Below, in pieces: positions 1-12,000 of a stretch of 64,000 nucleotides of DNA. This DNA is from Eledone cirrhosa (lineage: Eukaryota). Position numbers and translations under genes: made by a program. The stretch lies in the NCBI GenBank assembly GCA_964016885.1, contig OZ024743.1:210242001-210306000 (forward strand), in the 5' to 3' direction. Each line of letters starts with the position of its first letter. Within the stretch, counting starts at the first letter, position 1. The notes beneath the pieces were generated by a model. It saw only the letters and a program-made list of their open reading frames with translations, was not told the DNA's origin and made no database searches.

Positions 1-3000
1 TATACCACAGTTTACCATCCTATAGCCACAGATGAAAGCTCTTCACCCCATAAGATATACCACAGTTTACCATCCTATAGCCACGCATGAAAGCTCTTCA
101 CCCCATAAGATATACCACAGTTTACCATCCTATAGCCACATATGAAAGCTCTTCAATCCATAAGATATACCCCAGTTTACCATCCTATTGCCAGATGAAA
201 GCTCTTCACTCCATAAGATATACCAGTTTACCACCCTATAGCCACAGATGAAAGCTCTTCACTCCATGAGATATACCACAGTTTACCATCCTATAGCCAC
301 GCCACGGATGAAAGCTCTTCACTCCATAAGATATACCACAGTTTACAATCCTATAGCCACAGATGAAAGCTCTTCACTCCATAAGATATACCACAGTTTA
401 CCATCCTATGGCCACAGATGAAAGCTCTTCACTCCATAAGATATACCACAGTTTACCATCCTATAGCCACAGATGAAAGCTCTTCACTCCATAAGATATA
501 CCACAGTTTACCATCCTATAGCCACACATGAAAGCTCTTCACTCCATAAGATATACCACAGTTTACCAACCTATAGTCAAGCCACGGATGAAAGCTCTTC
601 ACTCCATAAGATATACCAGTTTACCATCCTATAGTCACACATGAAAGCTCTTCACTCCATAAGATATAACACAGTTTACCATCCTATAGCCAGATGAAAG
701 CTCTTCACTCCATAAGATATACCACAGTTTACCATCCTATAGCCACAGATGAAAGCTCTTCGCTCCATAAGATATACCACAGTTTACCATCCTATAGCCA
801 CAGATGAAAGCTGTTCACTCCGTAAGATATACCACAGTTTACCATCCTATAGCCACAGATGAAAGCTCTTCACTCCATAAGATATACCACAGTTTACCAT
901 CCTATAACCCCACATGAAAGCTCTTCACTCCATAAGATATACCACAGTTTACCATCCTATAGCCAGATGAAAGCTCTTCACTCCATAAGATATACCACAG
1001 TTAACCATCCTATAGCCACAGATGAAAGCTCTTCACTCCAAAAGATATACCACAGTTTACCATCCTATAGCCACAGATGAAAGCTGTTCACTCCATAAGA
1101 TATACCACAGTTTACCATCCTATAGCCACACATGAAAGCTCTTCACTCCATAAGATATACCACAGTTTACCATCATATAGCCACAGATGAAAGCTGTTCA
1201 CTCCATAAGATATACCACAGTTAACCATCCTATAGCCACAGATGAAAGCTCTTCACTCCAAAAGATATACCACAGTTTACCATCCTATAGCCACACATGA
1301 AAGCTGTTCACTCCATAAGATATACCACAGTTTACCATCCTATAGCCACACATGAAAGCTCTTCACTCCATAAGATATACGACAGTTTACCATCCTATAG
1401 CCACACATGAAAGCTGTTCACTCCATAAGATATACGACAGTTTACCATCCTATAGCCAGATGAAAGCTCTTCACTCCATAAGATATACCACAGTTTACCA
1501 TCCTATAGCCACAGATGAAAGCTCTTCACTCCATAAGATATACCACAGTTTACTATCCTATAGCCACACATGAAAGCTCTTCACTCCATAAGATATACCA
1601 CAGTTTACCATCCTATGGCCACACATGAAAGCTCTTCACCCCATAAGATATACCACAGTTTACCATCCTATAGCCACACATGAAAGCTCTTCACTCCATA
1701 AGATATACCACAGTTTACCATCCTATAGCCACACATGAAAGCTCTTCACCCCATAAGATATACCACAGTTTACCATCCTATTGCCACACATGAAAGTTCT
1801 TCACTCGATAAGATATACCACAGTTTACCATCCTATAGCCACAGATGAAAGCTCTTCACCCCATAAGATATACCACAGTTTACCATCCTATAGCCACACA
1901 TGAAAGCTCTTCACCCCATAAGATATACCACAGTTTACCATCCTATAGCCACACATGAAAGCTCTTCAATCCATAAGATATACCCCAGTTTACCATCCTA
2001 TTGCCAGATGAAAGCTCTTCACTCCATAAGATATACCAGTTTACCACCCTATAGCCACAGATGAAAGCTCTTCACTCCATGAGATATACCACAGTTTACC
2101 ATCCTATAGCCACCCAACGGATGAAAGCTCTTCACTCCATAAGATATACCACAGTTTACAATCCTATAGCCACAGATGAAAGCTCTTCACTCCATAAGAT
2201 ATACCACAGTTTACCATCCTATGGCCACAGATGAAAGCTCTTCACTCCATAAGATATACCACAGTTTACCATCCTATAGCCACAGATGAAAGCTCTTCAC
2301 TCCATAAGATATACCACAGTTTACCATCCTATAGCCACACATGAAAGCTCTTCACTCCATAAGATATACCACAATTTACCATCCTATAGTCAAGCCACGG
2401 ATGAAAGCTCTTCACTCCATAAGATATACCAGTTTACCATCCTATAGTCACACATGAAAGCTCTTCACTCCATAAGATAAAACACAGTTTACCATCCTAT
2501 AGCCAGATGAAAGCTCTTCACTCCATAAGATATACCACAGTTTACCATCCTATAGCCACAGATGAAAGCTCTTCGCTCCATAAGATATACCACAGTTTAC
2601 CATCCTATAGCCACAGATGAAAGCTCTTCACTCCATAAGATATACCACAGTTTACCATCCTATAGCCACAGATGAAAGCTGTTCACTCCATAAGATATAC
2701 CACAGTTTACCATCCTATAGCCACAGATGAAAGCTCTTCACTCCATAAGATATACCACAGTTTACCATCCTATAGCCACACATGAAAGCTCTTCACTCCA
2801 TAAGATATACCACAGTTTACCATCCTATAGCCAGATGAAAGCTCTTCACTCCATAAGATATACCACAGTTAACCATCCTATAGCCACAGATGAAAGCTCT
2901 TCACTCCAAAAGATATACCACAGTTTACCATCCTATAGCCACAGATGAAAGCTGTTCACTCCATAAGATATACCACAGTTTACCATCCTATAGCCACACA

Positions 3001-6000
3001 TGAAAGCTCTTCACTGCATAAGATATACCACAGTTTACCATCCTATAGCCACAGATGAAAGCTGTTCACTCCATAATATATACGACAGTTTACCATCCTG
3101 TAGCCACAGATGAAAGCTGTTCACTCCATAAGATATACGACAGTTTACCATCCTATAGCCAGATGAAAGCTCTTCACTCCATAAGATATACCACAGTTTA
3201 CCATCCTATAGCCACAGATGAAAGCTGTTCACTCCCTAAGATATACCACAGTTTACCATCCTATATCCAGATGAAAGCTCTTCACTCCATAAGATATACC
3301 ACAGTTTACCATCCTAAAGCCACAGATGAAAGCTCTTTACTCCATAAGATATACCACAGTTTACCATCCTATAGCCACAGATGAAAGCTGTTTACTCCAT
3401 AAGATATACCACAGTTTACCATCCTATAGCCAGATGAAAGCTCTTCACTCCATAAGATATACCACAGTTTACCATCCTATAGCCACAGATGAAAGCTGTT
3501 CACTCCATAAGATATACCACAGTTTACCATCCTATAACCAGATGAAAGCTCTTCACTCCATAAGATATACCACAGTTTACCATCCTAAAGCCACAGATGA
3601 AAGCTCTTCACTCCATAAGCTATACCACAGTTTACCATCCTATAGCCACAGATGAAAGCTTTTCACTCCATAAGATATACCACAGTTTACCATCCTATAG
3701 CCACAGATGAAAGCTCTTCACTCCATAAGATATACCACAGTTTACCATCCTATAGCCACAGATGAAAGCTGTTCACTCCATAAGATATACCACAGTTTAC
3801 CATCCTATAGCCAGATGAAAGCTCTTCACTCCATAAGATATACCACAGTTTACCATCCTAAAGCCACAGATGAAAGCTCTTCACTCCATAAGATATACCA
3901 CAGTTTACCATCCTATAGCCACACATGAAAGCTCTTCACTCCATAAGATATACCACAGTTTACCATCCTATAGCCAGATGAAAGCTCTTCACTCCATAAG
4001 ATATACCACAGTTTACCATCCTATAGCAAGATGAAAGCTCTTCACTCCATAAGATATACCACAGTTTACCATCCTATAGCCACACATGAAAACTCTTCAA
4101 TCCATAAGATATACCTCATTTTACCATCTTATAGCCACAGATGAAAGCTCTTCACTCCATAAGATATACCACGGTTTACCATCCTATAGCCACATATGAA
4201 AGCTCTTCACGCCATAAGATATAGCTCAGTTTACCATCCTATAGCCACAGATGAAAGCTCTTCACTCCATAAGATATACCACAGTTTACCATCCTATAGC
4301 CACACATGAAAGCTCTTCACTCCATAAGATATACCACAGTTTACCATCCTATGGCCACACATGAAAGCTCTTCATCCCATAAGATATACCACAGTTTACC
4401 ATCCTATAGCCACACATGAAAGCTCTTCACTCCATAAGATATACCACAGTTTACCATCCTATAGCCACAGATGAAAGCTCTTCACCCCATAAGATATACC
4501 ACAGTTTACCATCCTATTGCCACACATGAAAGTTCTTCACTCGATAAGATATACCACAGTTTACCATCCTATAGCCACACATGAAAGCTCTTCACTCCAT
4601 AAGATATACCACAGTTTACCATCCTATAGCCAGATGAAAGCTCTTCACTCCATAAGATATACCACAGTTTACCATCCTATAGCCACAGATGAAAGCTCTT
4701 CACTCCATAAGATATACCACAGTTTACCATCCTATAGCCACAGATGAAAGCTGTTCACTCCATAAGATATACCACAGTTTACCATCCTATAGCCACAGAT
4801 GAAAGCTCTTCACTCCATAAGATATACCACAGTTTACCATCCTATAGCCACACATGAAAGCTCTTCACTCCATAAGATATACCACAGTTTACCATCCTAT
4901 AGCCAGATGAAAGCTCTTCACTCCATAAGATATACCACAGTTAACCATCCTATAGCCACAGATGAAAGCTCTTCACTCCAAAAGATATACCACAGTTTAC
5001 CATCCTATAGCCACAGATGAAAGCTGTTCACTCCATAAGATATACCACAGTTTACCATCCTATAGCCACACATGAAAGCTCTTCACTCCATAAGATATAC
5101 CACAGTTTACCATCCTATAGCCACAGATGAAAGCTGTTCACTCCATAATATATACGACAGTTTACCATCCTATAGCCACAGATGAAAGCTGTTCACTCCA
5201 TAAGATATACGACAGTTTACCTTCCTATAGCCAGATGAAAGCTCTTCACTCCATAAGATATACCACAGTTTACCATCCTATAGCCACAGATGAAATCTGT
5301 TCACTCCCTAAGATATACCACAGTTTACCATCCTATAGCCAGATGAAAGCTCTTCACTCCATAAGATATACCACAGTTTACCATCCTAAAGCCACAGATG
5401 AAAGCTCTTCACTCCACAAGATATACCACAGTTTACCATCCTAAAGCCACAGATGAAAGCTCTTCACTCCATAAGCTATACCACAGTTTACCATCCTATA
5501 GCCACAGATGAAAGCTCTTCACTCCATAAGATATACCACAGTTTACCATCCTATAGCCACAGATGAAAGCTCTTCACTCCATAAGATATACCACAGTTTA
5601 CCATCCTATAGCCACAGATGAAAGCTGTTCACTCCATAAGATATACCACAGTTTATCATCCTATAGCCAGATGAAAGCTCTTCACTCCATAAGATATACC
5701 ACAGTTTACCATCCTAAAGCCACAGATGAAAGCTCTTCACTCCATAAGATATACCACAGTTTACCATCCTATAGCCACACATGAAAGCTCTTCATTCCAT
5801 AAGATATACCACAGTTTCCATCCTATAGCCAGATGAAAGCTCTTCACTCCATAAGATATACCACAGTTTACCATCCTATAGCAAGATGAAAGCTCTTCGC
5901 TCCATAAGATATACCTCAGTTTACCATCTTATAGCCACAGATGAAAGCTCTTCACTCCATAAGATATACCACGGTTTACCATCCTATAGCCACACATGAA

Positions 6001-9000
6001 AGCTCTTCACGCCATAAGATATACCTCAGTTTACCATCCTATAGCCATAGATGAAACCTCTTCACTCCATAAGATATACCACAGTTTACCATCCTGTAGC
6101 CATACATGAGAGCTCTTCACTCCATAAGATATACCACAGTTTACCATCCTATAGCCACAGATGAAAGCTCATCACTCCATAAGATATACCACAGTTTACC
6201 ATCCTATGGCCACATATGAAAGCTCTTCACCCCATAAGATATACCTCAGTTTACCATCCTATAGCCACAGATTAAAGCTCTTCACTCCATAAGATATACC
6301 ACAGTTTACCATCCTATAGCCACAGATGAAAGCTCTTCACTCCATAAGATATACCACAGTTTACTATCCTATAGCCACACATGAAAGCTCTTCACTCCAT
6401 AAGATATACCACAGTTTACCATCCTATGGCCACACAGGAAAGCTCTTCACCCCATAAGATATACCACAGTTTACCATCCTATAGCCACACATGAAAGCTC
6501 TTCACTCCATAAGATATACCACAGTTTACCATCCTATAGCCACAGATGAAAGCTCTTCACCCCATAAGATATACCACAGTTTACCATCCTATAGCCACAC
6601 ATGAAAGCTCTTCACCCCATAAGATATACCACAGTTTACCATCCTATTGCCACACATGAAAGTTCTTCACTCGATAAGATATACCACAGTTTACCATCCT
6701 ATAGCCACACATGAAAGCTCTTCACTCCATAAGATATACCACAGTTTACCATCCTATAGCCAGATGAAAGCTCTTCACTCCATAAGATATACCACAGTTT
6801 ACCATCCTATAGCCACAGATGAAAGCAGTTCACTCCATAAGATATACCACAGTTTACCATCCTATAGCCAGATGAAAGCTCTTCACTCCATAAGATATAC
6901 CACAGTTTACCATCCTAAAGCCACAGATGAAAGCTCTTCACTCCATAAGCTATACCACAGTTTACCATCCTATAGCCACAGATGAAAGCTCTTCACTCCA
7001 TAAGATATACCACAGTTTACCATCCTATAGCCACAGATGAAAGCTCTTCACTCCATAAGATATACCACAGTTTACCATCCTATAGCCACAGATGAAAGCT
7101 CTTCACTCCATAAGATATACCACAGTTTACCATCCTATAGCCAGATGAAAGCTCTTCACTCCATAAGATATACCACAGTTTACCATCCTAAAGCCACAGA
7201 TGAAAGCTCTTCACTCCATAAGATATACCACAGTTTACCATCCTATAGCCACACATGAAAGCTCTTCATTCCATAAGATATACCACAGTTTCCATCCTAT
7301 AGCCAGATGAAAGCTCTTCACTCCATAAGATATACCACAGTTTACCATCCTATAGCAAGATGAAAGCTCTTCACTCCATAAGATATACGACAGTTTACCA
7401 TCCTATAGCCACACATGAAAACTCTTCAATCCATAAGATATACCTCAGTTTACCATCTTATAGCCACAGATGAAAGCTCTTCACTCCATAAGATATACCA
7501 CGGTTTACCATCCTATAGCCACACATGAAAGCTCTTCACGCCATAAGATATACCTCAGTTTACCATCCTATAGCCATAGATGAAAGCTCTTCACTCCATA
7601 AGATATACCACAGTTTACCATCCTGTAGCCACACATGAGAGCTCTTCACTCCATAAGATATACCACAGTTTACCATCCTATAGCCACACATGAAAGCTCT
7701 TCATTCCATAAGATATACCACAGTTTCCATCCTATAGCCAGATGAAAGCTCTTCACTCCATAAGATATACCACAGTTTACCATCCTATAGCAAGATGAAA
7801 GCTCTTCGCTCCATAAGATATATCTCAGTTTACCATCTTATAGCCACAGATGAAAGCTCTTCACTCCATAAGATATACCACGGTTTACCATCCTATAGCC
7901 ACACATGAAAGCTCTTCACGCCATAAGATATACCTCAGTTTACCATCCTGTAGCCACACATGAAAGCTCTTCACTCCATAAGATATACCACAGTTTACAA
8001 TCCTATAGCCACAGATGAAAGCTCTTCACTCCATAAGATATACCACAGTTTACCATCCTATAGCCACAGATGAAAGCTCTTCACTCCATAAGATATACCA
8101 CAGTTTCCTATCCTATAGCCACACATGAAAGCTCTTCACTCCATAAGATATACCACAGTTTACCATCCTATGGCCACACATGAAAGCTCTTCACCCCATA
8201 GGATATACCACAGTTTACCATCCTATAGCCACACATGAAAGCTCTTCACTCCATAAGATATACCACAGTTTACAATCCTATAGCCACAGATGAAAGCTCT
8301 TCACCCCATAAGATATACCACAGTTTACCATCCTATAGCCACAGATGAAAGCTCTTCACCCCATAAGATATACCACAGTTTACCATCCTATAGCCACACA
8401 TGAAAGCTCTTCACCCCATAAGATATACCACAGGTTACCATCCTATTGCCACACATGAAAGTTCTTCACTCGATAAGATATACCACAGTTTACCATCCTA
8501 TAGCCACACATGAAAGCTCTTCACTCCATAAGATATACCACAGTTTACCATCCTATTGCCAGATGAAAGCTCTTCACTCCATAAGATATACCAGTTTACC
8601 ACCCTATAACCACAGATGAAAGCTCTTCACTCCATGAGATATACCACAGTTTACCATCCTATAGCCACGCCACGGATGAAAGCTCTTCACTCCATAAGAT
8701 ATACCACAGTTTACAATCCTATAGCCACAGATGAAAGCTCTTCACTCCATAAGATATACCACAGTTTACCATCCTATGGCCACAGATGAAAGCTCTTCAC
8801 TCCATAAGATATACCACAGTTTACCATCCTATAGCCACAGATGAAAGCTCTTCACTCCATAAGATATACCACAGTTTACCATCCTATAGCCACACATGAA
8901 AGCTCTTCACTCCATAAGATATACCACAGTTTACCATCCTATAGTCAAGCCACGGATGAAAGCTCTTCACTCCATAAGATATACCACAGTTTACCATCCT

Positions 9001-12000
9001 ATAGTCACACATGAAAGCTCTTCACTCCATAAGATATAACACAGTTTACCATCCTATAGCCAGATGAAAGCTCTTCACTCCATAAGATATACCACAGTTT
9101 ACCATCCTATAGCCACAGATGAAAGCTCTTCACTCCATAAGATATACCACAGTTTACCATCCTATAGCCACAGATGAAAGCTCTTCACTCCATAAGATAT
9201 ACCACAGTTTACCATCCTATAGCCACAGATGAAAGCTGTTCACTCCATAAGATATACCACAGTTTACCATCCTATAGCCACACATGAAAGTTCTTCACTC
9301 GATAAGATATACCACAGTTTACCATCCTATAGCCACACATGAAAGCTCTTCACTCCATAAGATATACCACAGTTTACCATCCTATAGCCAGATGAAAGCT
9401 CTTCACTCCATAAGATATACCACAGTTTACCATCCTAAAGCCACAGATGAAAGCTCTTCACTCCATAAGATATACCACAGTTTACCATCCTATAGCCACA
9501 CATGAAAGCTCTTCATTCCATAAGATATACCACAGTTTCCATCCTATAGCCAGATGAAAGCTCTTCACTCCATAAGATATACCACAGTTTACCATCCTAT
9601 AGCAAGATGAAAGCTCTTCACTCCATAAGATATACGACAGTTTACCATCCTATAGCCACACATGAAAACTCTTCAATCCATAAGATATACCTCAGTTTAC
9701 CATCTTATAGCCACAGATGAAAGCTCTTCACTCCATAAGATATACCACAGTTTACCATCCTGTAGCCACACATGAGAGCTCTTCACTCCATAAGATATAC
9801 CACAGTTTACCATCCTATAGCCACAGATGAAAGCTCATCACTCCATAAGATAAACCACAGTTTACCATCCTATGGCCACATATGAAAGCTCTTCACCCCA
9901 TAAGATATACCTCAGTTTACCATCCTATAGCCACAGATGAAAGCTCTTCACTCCATAAGATATACCACAGTTTACCATCCTATAGCCACAGATGAAAGCT
10001 CTTCACCCCATAAGATATACCACAGTTTACCATCCTATAGCCACACATGAAAGCTCTTCACCCCATAAGATATACCACAGTTTACCATCCTATTGCCACA
10101 CATGAATGTTCTTCACTCGATAAGATATACCACAGTTTACCATCCTATAGCCACACATGAAAGCTCTTCACTCCATAAGATATACCACAGTTTATCATCC
10201 TATAGCCAGATGAAAGCTCTTCACTCCATAAGATATACGACAGTTTACCATCCTATAGCCACACATGAAAGCTCTTCAATCCATAAGATATACCCCAGTT
10301 TACCATCCTATTGCCAGATGAAAGCTCTTCACTCCATAAGATATACCAGTTTACCACCCTATAACCACAGATGAAAGCTCTTCACTCCATGAGATATACC
10401 ACAGTTTACCATCCTATAGCCACGCCACGGATGAAAGCTCTTCACTCCATAAGATATACCACAGTTTACAATCCTATAGCCACAGATGAAAGCTCTTCAC
10501 TCCATAAGATATACCTCAGTTTACCATCCTATGGCCACAGATGAAAGCTCTTCACTCCATAAGATATACCACAGTTTACCATCCTATAGCCACAGATGAA
10601 AGCTCTTCACTCCATAAGATATACCACAGTTTACCATCCTATAGCCACACATGAAAGCTCTTCACTCCATAAGATATACCACAGTTTACCATCCTATAGC
10701 AAGCCACGGATGAAAGCTCTTTACTCCATAAGATATACCACAGTTTACCATCCTATAGTCACACATGAAAGCTCTTCACTCCATAAGATATAACACAGTT
10801 TACCATCCTATAGCCAGATGAAAGCTCTTCACTCCATAAGATATACCACAGTTTACCATCCTATAGCCACAGATGAAAGCTCTTCACTCCATCAGATATA
10901 CCACAGTTTACCATCCTATAGCCACAGATGAAAGCTCTTCACTCCATAAGATATACCACAGTTTACCATCCTATAGCCACAGATGAAAGCTGTTCACTCC
11001 ATAAGATATACCACAGTTTACCATCCTATAGCCACACATGAAAGTTCTTCACTCGATAAGATATACCACAATTTACCATCCTATAGCCACACATGAAAGC
11101 TCTTCACTCCATAAGATATACCACAGTTTACTATCCTATAGCCAGATGAAAGCTCTTCACTCCATAAGATATACGACAGTTTACCATCCTATAGCCACAC
11201 ATGAAAGCTCTTCAATCCATAAGATATACCCCAGTTTACCATGCTATTGCCAGATGAAAGCTCTTCACTCCATAAGATATACCAGTTTACCACCCTATAA
11301 CCACAGATGAAAGCTCTTCACTCCATGAGATATACCACAGTTTACCATCCTATAGCCACGCCACGGATGAAAGCTCTTCACTCCATAAGATATACCACAG
11401 TTTACAATCCTATAGCCACAGATGAAAGCTCTTCACTCCATAAGATATACCACAGTTTACCATCCTATGGCCACAGATGAAAGCTCTTCACTCCATAAGA
11501 TATACCACAGTTTACCATCCTATAGCCACAGATGAAAGCTCTTCACTCCATAAGATATACCACAGTTTACCATCCTATAGCCACACATGAAAGCTCTTCA
11601 CTCCATAAGATATACCACAGTTTACCATCCTATAGTCAAGCCACGGATGAAAGCCCTTCACTCCATAAGATATACCACAGTTTACCAGCCTATAGCCAGA
11701 TGAAAGCTCTTCACTCCATAAGATATACCGCAGTTAACCATCCTATAGCCACAGATGAAAGCTCTTCACTCCAAAAGATATACCACAGTTTACCATCCTA
11801 TAACCACAGATGAAAGCTGTTCACTCCATAAGATATACCACAGTTTACCATCCTATAGCCACACATGAAAGCTCTTCACTCCATAAGATATACCACAGTT
11901 TACCATCCTATAGCCACAGATGAAAGCTGTTCACTCCATAATATATACGACAGTTTACCATCCTATAGCCACAGATGAAAGCTGTTCACTCCATAAGATA

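Noticed and set aside
445-460. RUNX-like (ACCACA) and forkhead-like (GTAAAC on the minus strand) motifs in each monomer
   Set aside because: Six-bp matches are expected by chance in a 55-mer, the organism is unknown, and there is no evidence of binding.
1790-1812. Heat-shock element in the GAAAGTTC variant
   Set aside because: It has only two nGAAn units, whereas a canonical HSE needs three, and it is absent from the consensus.
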